Shown: positions 27,213 through 34,549 of the stretch, in pieces
How the letters are laid out: each line of letters starts with the position of its first letter
Position numbering within the stretch: position 1 is the first letter of the stretch
NCBI GenBank assembly: GCA_964427245.1
Contig: CAYRSX010000005.1
Coordinates: 3,354-67,353, forward strand
Length of the DNA stretch: 64,000 nucleotides
Direction of reading: 5' to 3'
Origin: an uncultured Desulfobulbaceae bacterium
GTDB taxonomy: Bacteria > Desulfobacterota > Dissulfuribacteria > Dissulfuribacterales > DYLC01
Notes under the pieces: model-generated
What the model saw: only the letters and a program-made list of their open reading frames with translations
What the model was told of the DNA's origin: nothing
Databases searched by the model: none
Translations under genes and position numbers: made by a program

Positions 27213-27737
27213 ATGGAACTACGAATAACTCAACAGGAACTAAAAGAATGGAGCAAAATATGCGCGCCGTTTATCGCCTCGATTCTGGCCGTGATTCTGG
27301 GGCTGTGGGCAGGAGGAATCCTGAAACCCCAATCCCTGCCTCAACCTACACCTATCAATTTTGCATTTACCGCGCCAGAGATCCAAGAAAACTTGGTGGT
27401 ATTGCAACGGCCAAGGCATGCGGCAGACCTATTTCGACTGAAAAAAGACATACCTAATGCCCCTGAACCACCCTCACTCCCTGAAGAGAAACAGCCCATA
27501 GCTACCATGGAGCTGCATCTGCAATTCATAATTTTCAATAATGAGAAGAAATTGTGTAAAATAAACGATCAATTTTTTGAAGAAGGTCAAGAAGGTAATG
27601 GCTTTCGCATAAAAAAAATTACTCGCACAGGGGTTTGGATTGAACCAATTGCAGTCTCAGGCGAGGCTGTTACCTCAGGCCAATCCTATTTTGTTTACAT
27701 CGGGCAGAAAATCAATGTTACAACCACACCGTTTTAG
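27213..27737 (+). CDS. Hypothetical N-terminally anchored protein; candidate PilP/MshK-like component
   Basis: 174 aa counted from the ATG at 27213. It has the TM 'ICAPFIASILAVILGLWAGG', a Pro-rich linker and a C-terminal beta module 'CKINDQFFEEGQEGNGFRIKKITRTGVWIE'. Confidence 0.4.
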   Translation: MELRITQQELKEWSKICAPFIASILAVILGLWAGGILKPQSLPQPTPINFAFTAPEIQENLVVLQRPRHAADLFRLKKDIPNAPEPPSLPEEKQPIATMELHLQFIIFNNEKKLCKINDQFFEEGQEGNGFRIKKITRTGVWIEPIAVSGEAVTSGQSYFVYIGQKINVTTTPF

Positions 27738-27751
27738 GAGTTAACTAAAGT

Positions 27752-29419
27752 ATGAACAATAACACACACCACAATCAAGACAGCCCCTTTTTAAGAATTC
27801 CATCACGCTCAATAAAATCATTATGTTGTGTTATTTTAATGTGTTGCGGCATATTGGCCTGCACTTTCGTTCAACAGCATAAACTCGATGATTCAAACCA
27901 GCTTACCGGAAGTCTTGGGGGCCATAACGCCAATGCGCCCTCCAACGACATAACGCAACAGGCTCCACAACATACTCAGCCACAATCCATTCAAAAAAAT
28001 CATACTACCTTGACTCCCCGCTTTAAAACACTTGCCCCCACAGAAATCCAAAAAATCACCATGTCCTTTGTCAAAGAAGATGTTCGAACGATATTACAGG
28101 CATTGGCACATGCAACCGGCATGAATCTGGCCATTTCGCCCAAGACCAACCAGCTCCTTGAAAACCGCCTTATTACGGCTGAATACAATGAACGCACTGC
28201 AAAAGAGATATTGAATTCCGTATGCAAAATGGCTGACATAGCATGGCGCCAGGAAATAGATACCATTTATATCGAACCCACAGTACGCCGTGTCTTTCAT
28301 CTGGACTTTCTGAGCGCTGTCAGCAAGTCCGATTTCAAGGTAGGAGGTGATGTACTGGGCAGCGGCTCTGGCAACGGCTCTGGCGGAGGATCAGGTGGAG
28401 GAAGCGATGTAGCCACCTCTCAGCTCACAGGCAGCTTTGAGCTTTCAGGCTCCGTTGCGGACAGTGTGACCGACATCTACAAAGGCATAGAAGAAAGCCT
28501 GAAGGAACGCATAGGTGAAAAAGGCCAGTTCTTTTTGAACCGTCAAACCGGTATCCTTACGGTAAATGCCAGCCCAAGTACACTGGAAGACATAACCTCC
28601 ACCATAGAGGCATTACGCAAGCAATACAGACGCCAGGCCCTCATAGAGGCCAAGATACTGGAGGTGGAGCTCTCTCAAGGCAATGAATTCGGCATAGACT
28701 GGCGGAATTTCGAGGCCAATCTCAGCAAAAGTGCTCTACAGAATACACCTCTGGCAGCCAGCATAACAGGCAATCTGACTGCAAACAGCATGATGGACAA
28801 TCTGTGGAACTATGGCATAACGCTTTCCAACCGCTATTACAACATCAACATGGTCTTTCATGCCTTACAACAGTACGGAAACATCAAAACCCTTTCCAAT
28901 CCAAGGCTCAAGGTCATGAACGGCCAGCCAGCCATCATCAGTGTGGGGCAGTCCATATCCTATCTGAAGAGCCTGCAAAGTCAGACCACAACCACAGGCA
29001 ACCAGAGCAACACAACGCCAGAGGTTACCATCAGCGCTGTATTCGACGGCATTCTGCTGGGTATTACACCGATTATAGAGGAAGAAGGGCATGTCACGCT
29101 TCATATAGTGCCCATAAAAAGCGAACTGGTCTCCATGGATGAAAGACAATTCGGAGGCATAGGCACTGGTACAGGAACCAACGTATATACATTTCCAAAG
29201 GTCAATCTTCGTGAGGCATCCACAATAGTAAGGGCAATGCCTGGAGAGATAGTGGTTCTGGGAGGCCTGATTCAAGACAGAACCATTACATCAAATGCTC
29301 AGGTGCCTGTTCTATCCAGCCTGCCGATAGTGGGAAATGCCTTCAGTTACAAGACTCAACACAAAAAATCTGTGGAATTAGTGATAGTTATGCAAATACA
29401 GGTAAGAGAAGATGAGTAG
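27752..29419 (+). CDS. Secretin (GspD/PilQ/MshL family), probable lipoprotein
   Basis: 555 aa with lipobox 'CGILAC', a Gly/Ser linker 'GSGSGNGSGGGSGGGS' and the secretin C-domain 'LSNPRLKVMNGQPAIISVG...VPVLSSLPIVGNAFSYK...ELVIVM'. Confidence 0.85.
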   Translation: MNNNTHHNQDSPFLRIPSRSIKSLCCVILMCCGILACTFVQQHKLDDSNQLTGSLGGHNANAPSNDITQQAPQHTQPQSIQKNHTTLTPRFKTLAPTEIQKITMSFVKEDVRTILQALAHATGMNLAISPKTNQLLENRLITAEYNERTAKEILNSVCKMADIAWRQEIDTIYIEPTVRRVFHLDFLSAVSKSDFKVGGDVLGSGSGNGSGGGSGGGSDVATSQLTGSFELSGSVADSVTDIYKGIEESLKERIGEKGQFFLNRQTGILTVNASPSTLEDITSTIEALRKQYRRQALIEAKILEVELSQGNEFGIDWRNFEANLSKSALQNTPLAASITGNLTANSMMDNLWNYGITLSNRYYNINMVFHALQQYGNIKTLSNPRLKVMNGQPAIISVGQSISYLKSLQSQTTTTGNQSNTTPEVTISAVFDGILLGITPIIEEEGHVTLHIVPIKSELVSMDERQFGGIGTGTGTNVYTFPKVNLREASTIVRAMPGEIVVLGGLIQDRTITSNAQVPVLSSLPIVGNAFSYKTQHKKSVELVIVMQIQVREDE

Positions 29420-30341
29420 TCTGTTTGAAGCGCTTAAAAATTTGGAGAAACGCCAAACTCAGCCGGAGAACCCCTTCTCCACTACGCCTGAAGCGCAACA
29501 TAACACCAAAAGGCAGCTGACACACTTATTAAAAAACCTGATTTCAAGACCATACAGAGTCCTGATCGCTGTACTCTTCTGTGCTGTTTTTCTCGGTTTC
29601 ATAGCCGTCTTTGTAATGGATGAATACCTCAAAAGAATGCCTGTACAACCCATCGCTCTCAAGAAAAATAACCTTTCAACACAGGCGGTTTCACCTTCTG
29701 TAACTTCTGAAAATATATCTCAAAAACAGCCTGAAACTCCAGTAACTTCAGTTGATTCTCAAAAAGACTCATCGGCCTTACAAGAGGCTAAAGCCCCTTC
29801 AGATGCACAAAAACCGGCTGATGCTGAGCAAAAAAAACAATTAGTAGAACAGCTCGAACCAGAACCAGCCAAAGACACTTCTCTCTTGAGGCTTAAAGGG
29901 AATAATGACCCATTTACCACGAACAAAGACACGCCACAGGCCCCTGCCCTTCAGAAAGAACAGCAGAACACCTCATGCGATATGAAAAAACCACAGCCGG
30001 CACCAGAACCAGGGCAAGTAATTCCAGAACAGCCCGAAATACGCATTCAGGCCAGCCCGTTGCCTCAGGACGACATCAGCAGATGGCGAAAGAACCTTCT
30101 GGAACAAGCGGAAACCCTGCGCAAAGAAAACAAATTTCATGAGGCCATTCCTCTCTATAAACAGCTCTGGAATGCCACCCACGACTCAGCAGTGGCCAAC
30201 AACTTAGCCGCAGCATACCTGGCCATAAAAGAGCCACAAAGTGCATTAGAAATACTAAAAGAGGCAAAAGAATTTGCCCCACAAGACGAAGACATTCAAT
30301 ACAACATGGAGATAGCCCAACGAATGGCAGAGATACAGTAG
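29412..30341 (+). CDS. Membrane-anchored TPR-repeat protein (MshN-like position)
   Basis: 309 aa: one TM ('VLIAVLFCAVFLGFIAVFV'), a long acidic/Pro/Gln-rich linker and C-terminal TPR-like helices ('FHEAIPLYKQLW...NLAAAYLAIKEPQSALEILKEAKEFAP'). There is an 8-nt overlap with the secretin gene. Confidence 0.6.
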   Translation: MSSLFEALKNLEKRQTQPENPFSTTPEAQHNTKRQLTHLLKNLISRPYRVLIAVLFCAVFLGFIAVFVMDEYLKRMPVQPIALKKNNLSTQAVSPSVTSENISQKQPETPVTSVDSQKDSSALQEAKAPSDAQKPADAEQKKQLVEQLEPEPAKDTSLLRLKGNNDPFTTNKDTPQAPALQKEQQNTSCDMKKPQPAPEPGQVIPEQPEIRIQASPLPQDDISRWRKNLLEQAETLRKENKFHEAIPLYKQLWNATHDSAVANNLAAAYLAIKEPQSALEILKEAKEFAPQDEDIQYNMEIAQRMAEIQ

Positions 30342-30396
30342 GGGCACATAAATTGTCCCTACCTCTGGGTTGCGGAATTACTCAAATCCACCGCAA

Positions 30397-30540
30397 CTGT
30401 CATTGCGAGCCTGGCATGAGCCTTTTATGAGATTGCTTCGGAACCTTGTCCCTCGCAATGACAGGCGGTGAAGACGCTTCTAACCTGTCATTGCAAGCGA
30501 AGCGAAGCAATCTCCCTTACGAGCCACAGGCGAAGCAATT
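30397..30540. repeat. Copy of the dispersed palindromic intergenic repeat family
   Basis: Inverted pair CTGTCATTGCGAG (30397-30409) / CTCGCAATGACAG (30452-30464), followed by a further half-site 'ctgtcattgcaagcgaagcgaagcaatc' (30485-30512). Confidence 0.8.
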
Positions 30541-30615
30541 CAAGAATAGTCATCAAGAATTCTGCGCAAACAGCAGAACAGGCAAGAGGGCCTTTCATGC
30601 CCTGTTATTCCCAAT

Positions 30616-30653
30616 AAAAAAAGGGGTGGAGAAACCTTGGCATCTCCACCCCT
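30616..30653 (-). terminator. Rho-independent terminator of the pilin gene
   Basis: Perfect 11-bp stem AGGGGTGGAGA (30622-30632) / TCTCCACCCCT (30643-30653) with a 10-nt loop. On the minus strand it is followed by a T-run (plus-strand A-run 30616-30621). It lies about 30 nt downstream of the pilin stop. Confidence 0.8.
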
Positions 30654-30684
30654 TTAACTCAACTAAAGAACAAAAAAATCTGAT

Positions 30685-31281
30685 TTATAATCTAAAATAT
30701 AAATCATAGGTAGTATTTGAAGTTGCATTATAATCTCCACTACCTCTTATGCTACCCGTGTTATACGTTCCATCATCATATTGAAGATCCAACGATGCAC
30801 ACACATCGCCTGGAACATTGTCCATACCTATCCATTGAGTTAATAAGCCTTGTACATTCACATAACCTATTCCAATACTTCCACCGTAAGGATTTGATGG
30901 AGCTTGTGTATCACTTCCTGTAAGGATGTTTGCCAAACGCATATGGTTCCATGCCTGGCAGGTTTCTGTCGTTATGCCAGCACCACAATTTATAGTAAAT
31001 CCACCTATTAGACCATCATTATTGCCAGGAGTTACAGTTGCACCCGGCCAACGTGTAGCGGTAGCATTTGGATCATCACCTGGATACTTTCCATACTTAT
31101 CGTAGTAGGTATAAACACCTGCCAGCACCTCTCGATAGGCATTGTATGCCCTCTTCATCTTGGCATTGTTGATGAGTTCCTGGCCCTTTAACACTGCCCC
31201 TAAAATCAGACCGATAACCACCAGCACAATCGCCAGTTCCACCAATGTAAAACCCTTTTGATCCCTTACAAAACACTTCAT
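30685..31281 (-). CDS. Prepilin-type N-terminal cleavage/methylation domain protein; type IV pilin / GspG-like major pseudopilin
   Basis: 198 aa. The leader is 'MKCFVRDQKG', followed by 'FTLVELAIVLVVIGLILGAVL' (F+1, E+5). 'YDKYGKYPGDD' resembles GspG. A Cys pair lies in 'NCGAGITTETC'. A strong SD (AAGGAGG) is present. Confidence 0.85.
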   Translation of the reverse strand: MKCFVRDQKGFTLVELAIVLVVIGLILGAVLKGQELINNAKMKRAYNAYREVLAGVYTYYDKYGKYPGDDPNATATRWPGATVTPGNNDGLIGGFTINCGAGITTETCQAWNHMRLANILTGSDTQAPSNPYGGSIGIGYVNVQGLLTQWIGMDNVPGDVCASLDLQYDDGTYNTGSIRGSGDYNATSNTTYDLYFRL

Positions 31282-31410
31282 CTTTGTTTCCTCCTTTTTT
31301 GATTTATATTAAAAAACAAAATGATTACCCAATGAATATACCCTATATATATATCGGCACCAGCCTTTTTTTATCTTTATTCATTTTACAATCCGTTAAA
31401 ACTTATTTTA

Positions 31411-31439
31411 ATGATACTACTCTTTTATTTTTTTGTCAA
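31411..31439 (-). promoter_or_regulatory. Predicted sigma70-type promoter for the pilin gene
   Basis: On the minus strand: TTGACA (31439-31434), a 17-nt spacer, then TATCAT (31416-31411). It sits about 130 nt upstream of the pilin ATG in an AT-rich tract. Confidence 0.4.
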
Positions 31440-31550
31440 GCCTAATTCACCATTCTGTTAGCAGCTATTAAATTGTCCTGTGTCCTAGCGAATAAATTAT
31501 AAAACTCCGTCGCACAACAGCTTCTAATTGCAAAAAAACAAAGCAACGAT

Positions 31551-31760
31551 TGTCATTGCGCGAAGCAAAACCCCTTCGGCTGTCACACAACAACAACGAG
31601 TGTCATTTCGAAGAAGCGCAGGTACGGGCACGGCATGCCGTGCCCCAACAAATCTTAAGATTCCTCGCTTCGCTCGGAATGACAACCGCACCACCGGTGT
31701 GATAGAGCTACGCTCGGAATGACAGAACATTGGTGCTTCGCCTTCGGCTCGCAATGACAA
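31551..31760. repeat. Composite nested-palindrome copy of the dispersed repeat family, containing the 84-nt core
   Basis: Outer inverted pair TGTCATTGCG (31551-31560) / CGCAATGACA (31750-31759). The inner 84-nt core (31601-31684) is 'tgtcatttcgaagaagcgcaggtacgggcacggcatgccgtgccccaacaaatcttaagattcctcgcttcgctcggaatgaca', with a perfect 20-bp palindrome GGGCACGGCATGCCGTGCCC at 31626-31645. Confidence 0.9.
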
Positions 31761-31889
31761 TCATTTTCGGACTATAACCGCCGGCAAAATACCGGCTCTA
31801 CCAACTCAAAATTCAATAAATCCATGGCATCATCACTCATGGCCATCAGGACAGACAAGACACCTGTTTCAACCTTTTCCACAATAGAT

Positions 31890-32651
31890 TTATACTTTAT
31901 TTATCGCATCTCCTGCCTGCAAAAACGGCCTAAACAGGTCTATGGGAATGGGAAACAGGGTCGTGGAGTTGTTCTCTGATGCTATCTCTCGCAGAGTCTG
32001 AAGATAGCGAAGCTGTAATGCTTCCGGATATTGATGTAAAATAGCGGCAGCCTCGGCCAGACGCTGTGAGGCCTGAAACTCACCTTCCGCTCCGATGATT
32101 TTGGCCCGTCTCTCTCTTTCCGCCTCGGCCTGTTTCGCCATAGCCCGCTTCATGGTATCCGGCAAGTCTATCTCCTTTACCTCCACTTTACTGACCTTTA
32201 CACCCCATGGCTCCGTATCCTGATCCAATATCTCCTGCACCTTTGCATTGATCTTGTCCCGTTCTGCCAGAAGCTCGTCCAACTCCGCCTGACCACACAC
32301 ACTGCGCAAGGTGGTCTGCGACAGCTGTGAAGTGGCAAAGAGATAATTTTCCACCTCCACCACAGCCTTCATGGGCGCAATCGCTCTAAAATACACCACA
32401 GCGCTCACCTTCACGGAGATATTGTCCTTGGTGATGATATCCTGAGGCGGAACATCCATTGTAATGGTCCTCAGATCAACCTTGCGCATCTTATCAATAA
32501 CTGGAAATAGCAAAATGATTCCAGGACCCTTGACAGCCACCGCCCTTCCAAGACGAAAGATCACAGCTCGCTCATACTCATTCATAATGCGAATTGAAAC
32601 CGCCAAGAATGCAATAAACAAGACCAAAATAAGCGGAATACCTGTCAGCAT
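31890..32651 (-). CDS. SPFH/band-7 (stomatin-like) protein
   Basis: 253 aa: N-terminal TM, then '[12 protein letters not shown]', '[19 protein letters not shown]' and a coiled-coil '[17 protein letters not shown]'. Confidence 0.9.
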   Translation of the reverse strand: MLTGIPLILVLFIAFLAVSIRIMNEYERAVIFRLGRAVAVKGPGIILLFPVIDKMRKVDLRTITMDVPPQDIITKDNISVKVSAVVYFRAIAPMKAVVEVENYLFATSQLSQTTLRSVCGQAELDELLAERDKINAKVQEILDQDTEPWGVKVSKVEVKEIDLPDTMKRAMAKQAEAERERRAKIIGAEGEFQASQRLAEAAAILHQYPEALQLRYLQTLREIASENNSTTLFPIPIDLFRPFLQAGDAINKV

Positions 32652-32686
32652 AATCTTATATCTCCTTTCTCATTAAAATCACCCTG

Positions 32687-33352
32687 TCATTTAGGCACTT
32701 TTTCCACAACCAAAGTCATACCATTCACTGCCTTCACCTTTACTTTGCTGTCTTCAGAGAGTTCCTCTGTGCTCACTGCCTGCCAAAGTTCGCCATGCAC
32801 AAAGACCAGACCGCCGTCAGGCGTAATCCTTTTTTTCACCACTCCTTTTGCGCCCATCAATGCATCAATGCCCGTCTGTTGCCTTGTCTTCTGCGCCCTT
32901 AAGGCCAACCATGCCATGGACATGGAAAATACGCTGAAAGCCGCAACCATGACCCACACCAGCTCTCTGGATACTGCAACCCCTGTATTTTCTGTATCAA
33001 ACAACATGAACGAACCGAGAATCAGGAAAAGCACTGCCCCCAAACCCAATATACCATGACTGGCAATGAACAACTCCAGCACAAAGAGCAAAAAGGCAAA
33101 AGACATCAGTAACAGCCCTAACCAGGTCACTGGTAACATGTGAGCAATATAAAGCCCCAATATCAACAAAATAGCGCCGAATACACCGGGGAAAATAGAG
33201 CCTGGATTGGCTATTTCGCCGAACAGACCGGCTGCGCCCAGAATCAACAGTATGTAAGCAAAATCGGGATCTATCATGCCTATGAGCCATTCATACATCA
33301 ATTCGCCTGAGGATGACGCAAATACCACGCAAACTGGAAGTAAAATATTCAT
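32687..33352 (-). CDS. NfeD-family membrane protein (TM bundle plus C-terminal OB domain, no protease domain)
   Basis: 221 aa with 'PDFAYILLILGAAGLFGEIANPGSIFPG'. The C-terminal 'GLVFVHGELWQAVS...VKVKAVNGMTLVVE' is the NfeD OB fold. It lies directly upstream of the SPFH gene. Confidence 0.8.
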   Translation of the reverse strand: MNILLPVCVVFASSSGELMYEWLIGMIDPDFAYILLILGAAGLFGEIANPGSIFPGVFGAILLILGLYIAHMLPVTWLGLLLMSFAFLLFVLELFIASHGILGLGAVLFLILGSFMLFDTENTGVAVSRELVWVMVAAFSVFSMSMAWLALRAQKTRQQTGIDALMGAKGVVKKRITPDGGLVFVHGELWQAVSTEELSEDSKVKVKAVNGMTLVVEKVPK

Positions 33353-34443
33353 TTCAGAAGTCCAAGAGGTCCGTTTTTTTGCAATCTATATATAAAATAA
33401 CCAGCCAAGGCCGTTACAACCACATTTGGAGACCAGACGAGCAGAAATGCCGGCGCTGTACCGGAATCCGCAAGATTGGACATCAATACCATTGCAGCGT
33501 AATAGAGCAAAAATGCGAACAAACCCAGTGCCAGCACAGAAGAAAAACCTGCACGGCCAAAGGTTATACCAAGAGGCAAGGCCAGGAGTCCAAGGGCAAG
33601 CACGGAAAACGGCAAGGCAAGACGCTTATGAAACTCGGTCAACAGCATAGGACGCCTTTGAATCTGCTGTGAATCTGAAGTCATTCGCCAGAGTTCACTG
33701 AAAGACAAATCCCCTCTTGAAGCCTGAGCGGCATTTGAGGCAAGCTGCAATTTCATGGTGTATTTTTCAAAGGCCAGGACATCTGTTTGATTCAGGTCAT
33801 CACTTGCCCTGCTGAGCACACCGTCATATAAAGAGATGGCGGCGCTGCCCTTGCTTGCAAGAATCTCACCAGATTTTGCCATGATCTGAACTTTCATATC
33901 AGGTCTTCTGGAATCTTGAAGGAACACGCCCTCCATGTGCTTTCCGTTGTCTGTTTCAGCATGTGTGTAGAACACAAGACCGTTGACAGGTGAAAAAAAT
34001 TGCCTGACGGGTATGCCTCCGGCCAACACCTTCTCGGTCATTTCAGCCATAAAACCCTTGAAAGCAGCCTTGGCCATGGGCACAATAGATGTGGAGAGAT
34101 AAAACGAAACAATAGTCAGCACCAAAGAGAAGACACAAAATATGATCGCAATTGACCGTATGGAGATTCCACAGGAAAACAACGCCACCAGCTCGTTGTC
34201 ACGGGAAAGCCTGAACATCACTATCAGAAATGCAAAAAGAACAGACATGGGTATGACAAATGCCCAAAAGGTAGGAAGCAGTAACAATATAAATTGAAAG
34301 ATATCAGTTAGTTCACTTGTAGTGGACAGGAAAGGAACTGCCATGGGCAGCAGCCTGCCCAAAAGAAACATACCGTTCAGGCCCAGAAACACAAAGACAA
34401 ACGGCGGGAAAAACTCCTTGAAAAACATACGAAATAAAGTCAT
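33349..34443 (-). CDS. LptF/LptG (YjgP/YjgQ) family permease
   Basis: 364 aa counted from the ATG at 34443 ('MTLFRMFFKEFFPPFVF...'). 'FRLSRDNELVALFSCGIS', a central periplasmic beta-jellyroll region and 'EFHKRLALPFSVLALGLLALPLG' are present. The longer ORF-track start at 34563 would run through the divergent promoter. Confidence 0.8.
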   Translation of the reverse strand: MTLFRMFFKEFFPPFVFVFLGLNGMFLLGRLLPMAVPFLSTTSELTDIFQFILLLLPTFWAFVIPMSVLFAFLIVMFRLSRDNELVALFSCGISIRSIAIIFCVFSLVLTIVSFYLSTSIVPMAKAAFKGFMAEMTEKVLAGGIPVRQFFSPVNGLVFYTHAETDNGKHMEGVFLQDSRRPDMKVQIMAKSGEILASKGSAAISLYDGVLSRASDDLNQTDVLAFEKYTMKLQLASNAAQASRGDLSFSELWRMTSDSQQIQRRPMLLTEFHKRLALPFSVLALGLLALPLGITFGRAGFSSVLALGLFAFLLYYAAMVLMSNLADSGTAPAFLLVWSPNVVVTALAGYFIYRLQKNGPLGLLK

Positions 34444-34471
34444 GGCATTTATGTTATGAAAAAAATTAAAA

Positions 34472-34500
34472 TTGAAACTTATACCAATATCCATTATACT
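34472..34500 (+). promoter_or_regulatory. Predicted sigma70-type promoter for the haem-motif chemoreceptor gene
   Basis: TTGAAA (34472-34477), a 17-nt spacer, then TATACT (34495-34500). It lies about 50 nt upstream of the ATG at 34550, which has a GGAGGG SD. Confidence 0.45.
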
Positions 34501-34549
34501 TACACCGAATTCATGATGTGTTGCAAGATATTCTTTCAGGAGGGCAATC

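Noticed and set aside
31282-31520. A sigma-54 (-24 GG / -12 GC) promoter upstream of the pilin gene, expected because rpoN is in the window and many type IV pilin genes are sigma-54 dependent
   Set aside because: The only GG-containing candidates (for example CTGGTGCCGATATATAT on the minus strand near 31350-31366) lack a GC at the correct 10-nt spacing. A TTGACA-17-TATCAT sigma70-type match fits better.
31524-31760. ORFs across the repeat blocks: 31524-31760 (-), 31528-31722 (+), 30446-30709 (+), 40291-40629 (+) and 55637-55843 (-)
   Set aside because: Their 'proteins' are translations of the palindromic repeats (both strands are open, with motifs such as GARHAVPVP and SFRAKR repeated). They have no SD or start context, and the same peptide strings recur wherever the repeat occurs.
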